Below, in pieces: positions 24,727-47,900 of a DNA stretch of 64,000 nt (its first letter is position 1; the number at the start of each line of letters is the position of its first letter). The translations under genes and the position numbers were made by a program. This DNA comes from Callorhinchus milii (taxonomy: Eukaryota): the NCBI RefSeq assembly GCF_018977255.1, contig NW_024704751.1, positions 11,470,001 to 11,534,000 on the forward strand. The letters run 5' to 3'. The notes below the pieces were generated by a model, which saw nothing but the letters and a program-made list of their open reading frames with translations, was not told the origin of the DNA and did no database searches.

Positions 24727-27700
24727 AAAAACAGTAAGGATTTGGGTGAGAAACTGTACAAATTGTTATCTTTACCACTTTTTCCTTCCCCTCCCTTTTT
24801 TTCTTCTCCCTCCCTAGGAAGATTAAGCTTTTGACATGCAATCTCTGAGGTGGGGGGGGAAAGAGAATAAACAAAGCATTATCTTCATTTGTTTGCTAAT
24901 TGTGTTTCATGATCCTTTAGACATGTTACCAAACATGTTTTTGAAAGGCAATGATGTGCTCAACTCGCCCACAAAATACACAGTCAAATGCGCTTCAAGC
25001 CTTATATCCCGTGAAACACTTTGAGACAACATGATAAGGTGCTGTATCAAATACAAGAATTATTCTTATTCCCCGAGGCTATCAAACTTTTCATTAAACA
25101 AAAGAAATCTGATGTTAACTAAAATAGAAAAAAAGCCCAAAAATGATTTGTATCATTTTGGTGCTTACATCAATTGAAACTCAACTGCCCTTCACCACAA
25201 AACATTTTGAAATTCACAATGATAAAACCGAAATGTAAAAAGTACTGCAGCCAAGCTTTGAAACACTGTGTACACGCATCTCCAAAATGAGCAATTAGTT
25301 GAACAATTAATGTAATTCATTCATGCAATGAAGGTGACGTGTATGGCTTAGATGCCAATTGACGATGAGATGCCCCCCCTGGCTTGGCACCATGCTCTGG
25401 GACGCAACCCTGTGTGAGGGTGCTATATAAATCCCAAGTTGTTGTTTTTCAGATCTCTGCTTTCATACATTGCGGTCATCTAATCGTTTTTTTGTGCTTG
25501 CTTTTAAGACCTAGAATTCTATGGACGTGATGCACTGAACCTACTACACAAAGCCTGGAGAAGATGAAGAAACGTTTAACTCTTCAAACTTTTCATTTTC
25601 TACTTACTACTGAACTCTTGATGTTTGTTCTGGGGAAAGAAGGAGGGGGGAGATAGCCAAGGGAAAGAGAAATGGGAGCAAAGGTTATTTCAGACATTAC
25701 AAAGCTGCCGGTACCAGAGGAGGGCTTGGTGAGAAAGTGTCACTGATTTCATAGGCAGTTTTTACTGACCACTCATTGCTTCAAAAACTATCTGATTATT
25801 GCAATACCATAATGTTAACATCCTGTGGTGTAGGCCTGTAGTAATCTTACAGCGACTCACGTGGACAGTTCAAGACCACTACGGGTCTGTCACTAAGAAC
25901 ATTTCTCTCTTCACTGATACGACTTAAGCATAGTCCGGTTCGCTGTGTTAGGATATGTATCCACTATATAGTCTGTGTTCCACCACATGTTCGCCATGCA
26001 GGAGATATTGAGATATATTGGTTAAATGTAACTTCTATTGCGGTTGTAAATTTCAAAGGCAGTAATTGTGAGCAATGCACAGAGGATTCCGAAAATGCCA
26101 ATATGGTCTTTATGTCTGGACAAAGAAAATGATTTTCTCAGAATGATTGCTGGACAATTCAAATTTATGACCACTTCTGTCTTAAAATTACTATGTATGA
26201 GGAATGCTCGATTACCCGAAAATAGCAAGATATATGCGAGCTCCATGAATTTTCTATAGTAAATTATATTGTAGCATCCCTTATATTTCAAATGAAGCAA
26301 ACACTTGAAGGGGCATTGACTCTCAATACATAAGCATCAGTAAATGGGTAAGTGTTTTATGTTTACTGATGACTTAATGCGATGGAATCTTCCAGCCATC
26401 TCCTTGCGGCTTCAGAATGAACCTTTTACTGTAAAATTGATTAATTCTGCTCCTTTCTTCCTGATAAGTTTTTTTTTCTGACTATTGGTCTATAAACTAG
26501 GTCTTGCTTGAGTATCTAGAAGTGTTTATATGTTTTTTTTTTGGGGGGAGGAATGTTTTCGAGTAGAAAAGTAGAGAAAAGCAAATGTTTCAATTGGAGT
26601 TTCAATAAATTCCTGTTTTGGATTGCAATAACTGAGTTTCTCACCCTGCTCTACTCTTCCTAGTCCTGTAGTGCTATTTAGGTTACCAAGTTCTATAGCA
26701 ATCTTGCATAATGCATTCATATACAAGCAGTATTCTGTGATTTATCTGGAGCTCAAATTGTAATTTCTTTAATAAATATAGAAGCTCACTTTCTTGTAAC
26801 TGCAATGGCTCAGAATCTTTTTAAATTATCCCTTCTTAGTGCTGACTTCACAGTAAAATTACTTGTTAAATTTCTAAGAAGTTGCTGTAATGTTTTCATC
26901 AAAACATTTTCTCTTTGGCTGTTGGTAAAGCCACTGCTTAGTGTCGAACCAAGCCATGTTGACTTGGAAGGGCACATATTTGTTCCAAATGCTGTGCCCT
27001 TGACTAAGAAAGGGGGAAAAAAAATCAACTTGTGTTCCTATTTCGCATTCCATTAATGGGTTTGTTCTCGTTGATGGGGACAGGATCAAACCTAGCTCCA
27101 GCTCATATCTCACATATCCTAACTGTCACAGCTCCTCAGATAACCAATAGTTGTGTGTGAGACACTAAAAGATGACTGAAGTCTGGGATCATTGCACAAC
27201 ATGACATTGAGAAGAGTTGGGGTGGGGGGGAAGAGGAATAAATAGTTATATTTCTGGAGCGGATTGGTATCTAGTCCATGTATTATTTGGTGTTGCATAC
27301 TTAAAACATTGAACACGATTTCAGCTAAGACCTTACATTAAATGCTTTGTAGAAATGTAAGTTATTTGGCCTATTGTGCCTGTGCCATCATGTTAGCAAT
27401 ATTGGAGCTACCTTATTCCCTTGAATACAACGTGCTGGTGAAAATAGGATTCAAATAGGAATTGTCTAAAATGACATTTTTGACGAAAGTTAAAAACAGT
27501 TAAAAATGCAATCTGTGTAATCATTAGTCAAGTTTATCCGTTAAAGTACTCCGTTTTAGAGGCATTTCTGGAAGTGGATGCTCATATTGTCAATTATTAA
27601 GGAGGAGGGACATTTTGGGAACAGTAATTTGAACCAAAAATACTCCTTCCTTCTCCTTTAAGAATGTCTGTCTTTTATTGTAACCTGTTTAAAATATTAT

Positions 27701-29209
27701 CGGTCAGGAATAAATAATTGCACAGTGGTAGAGTGATACGGTTAATATATTTGCTAGATATAATTTAAATCATTTCACTTTCATTACTTATCATGTCATG
27801 CCATATAAATATTACATGAATGTGGGTTCAATTCCCTGTGGCATCAAAAGTTGGAACAAATGAAAAGCGATTTCACCGAAAATATCCATAAGATTGGGGA
27901 AACTATATTTTGAATAGATAAACCTGATTTGTTTATTTTTCACACTAGTCAAATTTCAGTTACATTTTCAGATTCATTAGCAACAAAATTGGTACTGACA
28001 AATGCATTTAATTTTTTTCCTTTTCAGTAGCATGCCCAAGTGGCCTTTATTAAATGGTTGCTAGTTTATTGGATTGTCACAGATGAGCCTGGCATTTATC
28101 CTTGCCCAGCACAATACCACATTGTTTAGTGCACATATCTACTGAGACATATGGGGAGGGAGGGAGACAAGAGAGCTAACCATTGGACCATAAATCATTA
28201 TGATCCCGTTTCAATTTATGTTTCAATTTATGTAATATTAATGTGTTATGTAGCTTGTAAAGCTCCAATGATACTTCATAAGCAGCACCTATAATATACT
28301 GCTTGTTCTCGGAACATTAATAATGTAAAGATGAGAAACAATTGTTTTTGTAAAATTCTGTTTTTTTTTCCCCATATACAAAAACTGAACAATTATATTT
28401 CCTATGGATAATGCGGAGGGGAGGGGAAGCATCTGTTCTCTTAGTAGATGACTACTGTGAGGTTGCAGGAGCTGTGCAAAGCAAAGCGGTTCATATTTTC
28501 ACTTGTGTATTTTCTTTTCGTCAGGTATATGTCAATGTGTGAGATTGGAAATTTAAGTTAATAAACATAGAATGAAGTATGCAATTAAGGTTTTGTTGTG
28601 TTGCAAGTTTTTATATCCACAATAAGTTACAAAAAGCATTAATTTGGAGACATTTCGATTGCAGTATATATTGACCGTTTCCTCCAATGGCTCAGTAGAT
28701 AAATGTACCGCATACATGAGCCATAAAGACCAGAAATGCCCTTTTGTGGACTTGATTTTATGAATTGGGGGGGGGGGAGATGTTCTCTTGTTCCCTGATG
28801 CCCTTCGGTGTTCCCCGGTGAATCCCCTGCTAACGTCCGGCTACATTTTTCTCTTTTTAAGTCTTAATAATCTGCTGACACTCTTAATAGTGACAATAGT
28901 TATCGGTCAGTCGGTCCACGACTGTTTGTGGGACGTCGCCGTGCGCAATTGGCTGCCGCCTTTCGCCCGCAAAACACTATGATTTGGACCCGAGCGGGGT
29001 GGGGGTGGGGTTTGGGATCGGGGAGGGCGGCCGAAAGCACGGTCGGCGAGGAGGCTGTATCGAACGCGAGGATTATTATTAATCCAGATTATTATCCCAA
29101 AAAAAATGCCCGAATTGGGTGTGAAAAAGCCAACCCCAATCCTTGGGCAGTGGGGCTGGGGGGGGGGCTGGAGGGGGTGACGTCAACCCAGGGCCGGGGG
29201 CGTGTTAGG

Positions 29210-29410
29210 CGGGCGCGGAGCATGCGCAGAAGGCGGTCTGACAGGGAGCGGAGAGGGGGCGGGGCCGGGCGCGCGGAGCATGCGCAGAAGGCGGTCTGGC
29301 AGGGGGCGGGCGCGCGGAGCATGCGCAGAAGGCGGTCTGACAGGGGGGAGGGGCCGGGGGCGAGCGCGCGGAGCATGCGCAGAAGGCGGTCTGACAGGGA
29401 GCGGAGAGGG
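29210..29410. repeat. Four copies of gcgcggagcatgcgcagaaggcggtctg in the 14-3-3 CpG-island promoter (NRF1-like motif)
   Basis: Copies at about 29213, 29271, 29312 and 29365. GCATGCGCA core. Confidence 0.8.
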
Positions 29411-29713
29411 AGGGAGAGAGAGAGAGAGAAAAAAAACAGCCCCAACCGCCATTTGTCTGCGAGGAAGGCGAGCGGGTGAGAAGCCGTCAGAAAACTACCG
29501 TCTTCAGCCCGACAGAGGACGGCGGCTTCTCCGGGGCTCGACTCCGTCGACGGGGCCGCTCGAGCGAAGCCGAGGCCGTGGTGGTGTGAGCCGGACTCGG
29601 GAGGGGAAACGGTTAAAAGAAAATCACCTTAAATCAAAAAGAGAGTGAGAGAGAGAGTGAGAGAGAGAGAAAAAAAGGTGGTGGGTGGGGAGGGGGGGAA
29701 GAAAACGACAGCC

Positions 29714-40191
<10,478 letters not shown>

Positions 40192-43100
40192 CTGCACACA
40201 CAGGAGGACACGCTCTCCACTCCTCTTTTACATGTCTTCATTCCTTAGTGTTCCACTGACAATGAGTTCCTCCAGGAAAGGAATTTCTCAATCACCAATC
40301 CTGAATAGATGCACATGTGAATGCCACAATTTAGCCTATGAAAAATCTGCAGCTTGGAACAAATGCCATTCCTCAGCTTTCTTTTGCTAATTGTTCTGAC
40401 TTTGTGGTGTGCAGTCGGTGCGCCTGCTACACAAAACAGCAGAGATTAAACTCGCAACCGGCGCATTTGTGAATAAGTTGATGTAGGTCCTTTTTGGTTT
40501 GCAATGGAAGTTCATGATTTGCCAAGAGCATCTATTATAATGAGTGGGGGAACAGGAGAGAGAGAAAAATTATATCCCAAAACATTTATATATTAAAAAA
40601 GTGTTTGAATAGCGCTTAATACATTTGGCGGCTGGCTCTTAAAGACCTCTGTTTGATTGCTTAGGGTCGGGGTTTGGTCCTTGCGTACTCCTGACATTTA
40701 CCAGATAATGCAAGCTTCTCCTTCCTGCCCAAAGCAAATGTTCATCAAGGTTTGAGAGTCGAGGTCTTGGAACTGAAGATGATCAATATTTATTAAAACG
40801 TGGCTTTTGCAGCTGCCGAGCCACCTCGCGGTGTCGGCTCTGGCTTCCCAGCTGGCTGCCTTGACAGTTGAGTCCCATGACTGCCTTTCATTCCCAACCC
40901 ACTCGCAGAGTGAGGTTTTGACTGTTATACAGAGATTGAGAAGCCCAATGGCAGTGAAATGTTGCATTAGTCTTCCCCCACCCCCTCCCCCAGGAGGCTA
41001 CTAGCCTTGTTTTGGTTGTTTGGGTGGAGGTGGGGGGAGAGGGGGGGAGAATGGTATATTGGAAAAATGGGGAAATCTGTTTAAAGGTGTACATTCAAAA
41101 CAAGTGTCCCTAACTAATTAATTGTGAATAACTTTTGCCCTTCCGGCTTTCTGCTCATATCTGACTTTATGAGACTGCTGGGTGGATTACTGATCTTTCT
41201 CCACCTATTCAGACCGATCTGCCCTATTTGATACCAGCCGAAGTCCAATTTTCTATTTTTGCCCGACCAAATTTGTTACCCTTGTCTGTGCGAGCAGTGA
41301 CATTTCACACCAAAGTTGGGCCTGAAAGAACAGACTAGATTACAGTAATTGGAACTAAGGGGGCCAACTAATTTCAGTTGGGTTAATGGAAGAGGTTATC
41401 ATCTGTACAGAATATTCACCAAAATCTAGTCTGGTTGATTCTCAAAATATAAATATATCACACAGCCATGTCTGGTAGCTGACTGCAGGTTGTGCGTTTT
41501 CAGTGTCAGCTCATGCAGTGTAGATACTATGTGGCCTTTTATCAAAACTACCACTTGTTTTATTAGCTATTGGTTCAGTTCCAGATCAATAAAGTGCTAT
41601 GTTCCGACTCACCACAATATTTGTGACAGGGCGGGGTGGGGGTGGGGGGGGACAACAAAACAGATTGGATTTAATGAACTTGAAGGGACCTACGGTGTCA
41701 GGTTTTGACATTAGTTTTGTCATGGAAATATTGGCAGTATTTAATCCAGCACTGTGCTGTATTCTTATTCTATATATGTAAAATTTTAATGAAGGATTTA
41801 CCCTATTTTTTGTTTTCAAAGTTTGAAGCTGGTAACTGAAAGTGATATGCAATGCAAATAAAACATTCTTCACTATTCAATCCTTTATTTCCTTTTCTAT
41901 TGACTGTTCTGATGGTGGATTGTTGTATTTTATTGACTGGATATTTTATTGACAGGTTGACTATTGACAAAATACATGTATTCAAACTTGAAATTGATAT
42001 TCTAGGGGTTTTGCTAATGCCATAGCACAAATGTAAACTTAAAAATTCAGAAATGTACACTTACACTTCTTTGTCATCCAGGTGTCTTGACACGTGCAGG
42101 AACCCATTGCCCTCCAAACCACACTTAATTCCACACGTGCGCCACTTATACTGGGCTTTTGATTTTGGAACTAGTTGAATAGCAATGACTGGAGTACAAT
42201 TGTTTTTAATATCAGAATTAGTTTTGTACCAAATATGCAAATAATGGGGGGAAGAGACATGGGGTAATACGATCAGCTAGTAAGCTGCCCTTTACCACTG
42301 AAGTCTAGCTCGGCTGATTGGAATACTGTTATCATTTCTCTTTGTTGGCTGTAAGAACTTCTATGAAATGAGTTTGTGAAGTCTCAACCCAATTTATAGA
42401 CTGCACAGGCTTACAGCACAACATTGGCCTAATTTAACATATATTGGCAGTCGTAAAGCAGAGAGAACAAAGGATTGACTTATGTAAGAAGAGCAAATGT
42501 CACACTGATGCATTTGGGTGGGGCCTTCTGCTGGGGTAAGTAAGGCACATTGTTTGAGCAGAATGCGGCTTTAAATTGCAGCGGGTTGTGGGATGCCTGA
42601 CCTGGGAGTGTTTAATGCTTGGTGGTTGAAATAGGAGGGTGTACTATTTCCCCAGTATTGATCTATTAGTTTCAGGAATGCATGACAATACAAAACATTA
42701 AATGCATCGGCTTACTGACTGACTGTTTCAATTGAGGTTTGTGCACGCCAAATGGAATTTCCTCTATTCACTGCAACGAGAGACACAATGTTCAAAGTTT
42801 GCTGCATTACTACAGCACTGAACCGAAACCACGGCTCCAGAAATGTGTGTATGTTGTTGCGTACTCAAACACACAACACACAGGTATGGTTTAAAATAGG
42901 TGAAGGACAAAGCAGTAAGTAAACAAGAAATGTACAGGGTCAATGTTCCTTTCGTGATTTCAAAGCCCGCAACTGTTTTTTACAGTATAGGTTATTAATC
43001 CATCATTAAACTTGTTTATTACTCAGTTTAGTGGCTGAGATTACCAAAAAAAAAGTTGCATTGATATAGCGCCCTTCACGCAGGATAGCTCCAATATGTC

Positions 43101-43779
43101 TGCTTTTATGCACCTTCGCTCATGAAGGTTGTTTGTCAAGGTGCCAAGGCATTCACAGTGCGCTTCTGTAAAATGGTGCAGGGTGGAGCTGAGCTCAGAG
43201 TCCAGCATTCTAGGCCTTGGATTAATTGTTCCTGGAGGTGAGAGTCAGCAGTCTGGGGGGAGAGAGGCAGTGACGGTGGCAGGTGATATTGCGGAGCTGA
43301 GGGAAAGGAGTGCGAGTGAAGAGCTCTGGATTCAAGGACTGAAGGATATTTGGGGGTCAAACAAGACATCGAATCGCTGTACCAGCTCCGTGGATAAGTC
43401 AGAGTGTAGCTCGACTCGCGCCCTTGTCTCTCCCCCCCCCCACCCCCGACCAAAGATACAATAAAAATAAGCCTTATATTTGATGTACAGTATATTGGCT
43501 TGTGTAAGTTATCTGCACATATATAATAAAGTGGATGATAAATACAGTAGTTTAATACACAGTAGTTATATTTGGGGAATATATATTATTTGGGAATAAA
43601 AGGATCTCAAGCACAACATACACACGTTACAGCCATCAATTTAAAAGCTGTTAGGTTCCTGCTCAATACAAGTGGAAAAACCAATAGTGGCACCTACTGG
43701 CTGGTCACACCTGATTGATAGTCTACAAATGCTGCTGCAGATGTAAAATGGTCCTCTGACATCAGAGTCATGTGCAATA

Positions 43780-44330
43780 TAATAATAATAATCTTCGCAT
43801 TTGATCCGGCGCCCTATCACATGGTTGAGACGTCTCAAAGCGCTTCACAGAATATACTGTAAAGGGGATTGACCGATATTTTGTGGGAACGCAGCAGGCA
43901 ATTGCGCACAGCAGCGTCCCCACAAACAGCCGTGGATTGAGTGACCTATTTATTTATTTACTTACTTATTTATAAAAGCTATTCTATTTCTTTATTTACT
44001 TAAGGAATTCCTGGGTGGGACGAAACGTTCGGCGAGTTTCCTTATTCCACACACCTGTTTACCAGCAGTAAATAGGAACCCGGTTATTAGTCGATTGGCA
44101 GATCGCATTTCCAGGGGGTAATAATCATTTCTAAAAAATAAACATATAAAAATGATGGTTTGGTCTCTTCAACCCACGGCTGTTTGTGGGGACGCTGCTG
44201 TGCGCAATTGGCTGCTGCGGTTCACCCACAAAACATAGTCGTTACACTTTTACAGTATCATCTGTGAAGCGCTTTGAGACGCCTCAAAGACGTGATAAGG
44301 CGCTGCATCAAATGCCAGAATTATTAGTAT
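43780..44330. mobile_element. Two SINE copies in opposite orientation (43780-43950 -, 44020-44330 +)
   Basis: Family core and tail motifs on both strands. Confidence 0.75.
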
Positions 44331-44352
44331 TATCTGCTCACAAACAGCCAGA

Positions 44353-44762
44353 NNNNNNNNNNNNNNNNNNNNNNNNNNNNNNNNNNNNNNNNNNNNNNNN
44401 NNNNNNNNNNNNNNNNNNNNNNNNNNNNNNNNNNNNNNNNNNNNNNNNNNNNNNNNNNNNNNNNNNNNNNNNNNNNNNNNNNNNNNNNNNNNNNNNNNNN
44501 NNNNNNNNNNNNNNNNNNNNNNNNNNNNNNNNNNNNNNNNNNNNNNNNNNNNNNNNNNNNNNNNNNNNNNNNNNNNNNNNNNNNNNNNNNNNNNNNNNNN
44601 NNNNNNNNNNNNNNNNNNNNNNNNNNNNNNNNNNNNNNNNNNNNNNNNNNNNNNNNNNNNNNNNNNNNNNNNNNNNNNNNNNNNNNNNNNNNNNNNNNNN
44701 NNNNNNNNNNNNNNNNNNNNNNNNNNNNNNNNNNNNNNNNNNNNNNNNNNNNNNNNNNNNNN
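44353..44762. other. Assembly gap (410 N)
   Basis: Run of n characters. Confidence 1.
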
Positions 44763-44789
44763 CACAGACAGACAGAGACACAGTGCAGA

Positions 44790-44900
44790 GGGCGGGACAC
44801 GCCCCGAGCGGTCGCTGTGATTGACAGCGCTGCAGCCAATCAGGAGCCGCGGCGATCGGAAAATGTAACAGTGAGTGGCGGCGGCGGCCAATGGGGAGCG
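44790..44900 (+). promoter_or_regulatory. PEF1 proximal promoter (GC box, TGATTGACAG plus CCAAT composite, second CCAAT)
   Basis: TGATTGACAG at 44818-44827, CCAAT at 44836-44840 and about 44888, just upstream of the ATG at 44943. Confidence 0.6.
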
Positions 44901-44942
44901 GCGGCGGCTGTGCGCGTGCGCCTCGGAGTCACACCGGGAAAC

Positions 44943-47900
44943 ATGGCCACTTACCCTTATGGCTCTGTGAGTGTGGGGGAGAGAGGGGGGGAGTGAGTGT
45001 GGGGTAGAGAGGGGGGAAGGGGGGAGAGGGGGAAGGGGGGAGAAGGGGGAAGGGGAGAGGGGGAGTGAGTGTGGGGGAGAGAGGGGGGAAGGGGGAGAGA
45101 GGGGGGAGTGAGTGTGGGGTAGAGAGGGGGAGGGAGAGGGGGGAAGGGGGAGAGAGAGGGGGAGTGAGTGTGGGGTAGAGAGGGGGGGGGAGAGGGGGGG
45201 AGAGAGAGGGGGAGTGAGTGTGGGGGAGAGAGGGGGGAAGGGGGAGAGAGGGGGATGAGTGTGGGGGAGAGAGGGGGGAAGGGGGAGAGAGGGGGAGTGA
45301 GAGTGGGGGAGAGAGGGGGAAGGGGGAGAGAGGGGGGGGAGAGAGAGAGTGAGTGGGAGAGAGAGGGGGAAGGGGGGGAGTGAGTGGGGGGGAGAGAGGG
45401 GGAAGGGAGGAGAGAGGGGGGGGGAGAGAGGGGGGAAGGGAGGAGAGGGGGAGTGAGTGTGGGGAGAGGGGGGAGGGAGGAGAGGGGGAGTGAGTGTGGG
45501 GAGGGGGGGGGAGGAGGGGGAGTGAGTGTGGGGGAGAGAGGGGGGAAGGGTGGGAGAGAGAGGGGGGAGAGAGGAAGAGGGAGGGAGTGAGTGTGGGAGC
45601 GAGGAGGAGGGGGGAGGGGGGGGGGAGAGAGGGGAGGGGAGGGGAGGGAGGGAGGGAGTGTGGGAGGAGGGGAGGAGGGGGAGAGAGGAAGAGGAGGGAG
45701 TGTGGGAGAGAGGAGGAGGAGGAGGAGGGAGAGAGGAAGAGGAGGGAGTGTGGGAGAGAGGAGGAGGAGGAGGGAGAGAGGAAGAGGAGGGAGTGTGGGA
45801 GAGAGGAGGGAGGGAGGGAGAATGGAAATGGAGAGTGTGTCTGTAACTGTACCAGCACTGCCTCACCCTGGGGGTGGGGGTGGGGGGGGCTCAGTGATGA
45901 ATGGGGTTGAAGTGAGAGGCTTAGAGGGAGGCCAAGTGACCTGTGTGTGTGTGTGTGTGTCTGTCTCCCTCTCTCCCTAACATTCCCTGAGCCCCAATGA
46001 AGTGCCTGAGTGTGATATTCCCTCCTGGTAAATGTCAGGAGGTAGATGTGTGGGGGGGGCAAAAAAAAAGAGGTGGGGGAATAAGAACAGGCAGAGAGAG
46101 GGAGCTTCTTGTCTTAGGATCTGAGGAAGCAGAAACTCTGGCATCAGGAAGCCTCACCGATTAGGAACCCCCCCACCCCTCCCTTTTTGGGATGGCGTGT
46201 TGCTGGTTTCTCGGGTGGCGGGGCGGGGTGGGGCGGGGCGGGGGAGAGAACCGGACACGCAGCGAGCCGGTTAGCTGGACGTCCAGTCAGGCGCGGCACC
46301 TGGGCTCAGTCCGTCGATTTGACGGTAGACTTTAATTAGTCGTTGGCCACACGGTGTGTTTTCAGACGGGTTGTGGTGGTGTGTAAGGCCCGAACAGGAA
46401 CTGACTCGCTCTTGTTATCGTCGTCTGTTGCTGTGCGTTGACTTGATCTTTCGTGATCGAGCTGTGGGGGGGCGGTGGGGGAGGGGGGTGGGGGGCGGTT
46501 TAGGTCGCGGTTCCGGTCGCTTGTGACTAAACCCACGGTTTTGCTGACTATGTCCCTCTCATCTCAGAACTTCCCTGGGGCGTCAGGCCCCGCACCGGGA
46601 GCTCCGCCTGGGGGCTACTTCCCCAGACCCCCCCAGGCCGGGGGGCATTACGGGGGCCCGCAGGCCGGAGGTCAGTATGGAGGGCCGGCTTTGGGGAGCC
46701 AGTATGGAGGCCAACAGGCGAGTGGTCCTTACGGAACAGCAGGGGGGCAATATGGCAACCAGGCCCCGGGGGCACCGTACCGCACAGCTCCGCCCGGGCA
46801 CTTTGCAGCCTCTGCTCAAGGCGGTCACTACGGGGCCTCGGCTCCAGGGGCCCCGTATGGAAGTGCGTCTTCAGCGAGATCCTACGCAGGCTCAGCACCA
46901 GGAGGTCCCTACGGAGGACAGACGTATGGGATTCCACAGCAAGGACCATACGCATCAGGGGCCCCTTCAGCTGGTAAGTGTCGGGAGAGAGTGCGTCCTG
47001 GAATGTGGCTCGATTTCAGCCCCAACCCACACTCTGCCCACCAGTCTCGCCCCCTCCAAGCCTTGGCTCTTGCCAACCTGCTCTTGTGCTCTGCCTGAGA
47101 CCTACCTGTGCCATATATACATATATATATATAAATCCTTGCATTCGATACAGCGCCTTATCACATCATTGAGACGCTTCACAGAAATTCAGTTGACTGT
47201 GTATGTATCTGTGTCGAGGCATGTTGGCGAACACAAATATCAGGCACTCAGTAACACAATCACATTTACAAGTGTGTAAACATTGCAACAGGAGAAGAAA
47301 CCTTTTCAGGGACTGTTGCACCTTTTGAATATCATTTGTCAAGCACTGCAACTTGATAACATTACAGCGAGTTTGCCTTTATATCCGCACAATAGCAACA
47401 TTAGAATCCGAATGGTGTTGCAGAGCAAAGCCATTGTTTAATACCCAAGGGATGAGCCCAAAAGCTGTGTCGTAAAATATCTCTTCCAAAGAGTGGACAG
47501 GTTCGAGCTTTTTTCTCTCTCTCTCTGGCGTTTGAGAGAGGCGACCTGATAGAGACTTTTTGAAAGTCTGACAGGGTTTTGTTAGCAGAGATAAATAGGG
47601 TCTTTCCACACGTGTATATCCTGTGAAGCTTTGAGACATCTCGAAGACCTGATAAGGCGCTATATCAAATGCAAGGATTATTATTATCGTGTTCCACTGA
47701 CCATGCGTGGCCCTGGTGCAGTTGGTGTCCCAGCAGGTGTGGACCCTGAAGCCTATTCCTGGTTCCACTCGGTGGACGCGGATTCCAGCGGATACATCTC
47801 CATGAAAGAGCTGAAACAGGCGCTTGTCAACACCAACTGGTCAACATTCAATGATGAGACCTGCTACCTGATGATCAGTGAGTTTGGCACCTACTGTGAT

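Noticed and set aside
44186-46062. Long ORFs of 212-538 aa
   Set aside because: They run through the N gap and the G/A low-complexity tract and are stop-free only because of composition.
46475-46567. ORF-track N-terminus for PEF1
   Set aside because: A proper exon 1 (MATYPYGS, 44943-44966) with promoter and donor fits peflin better.
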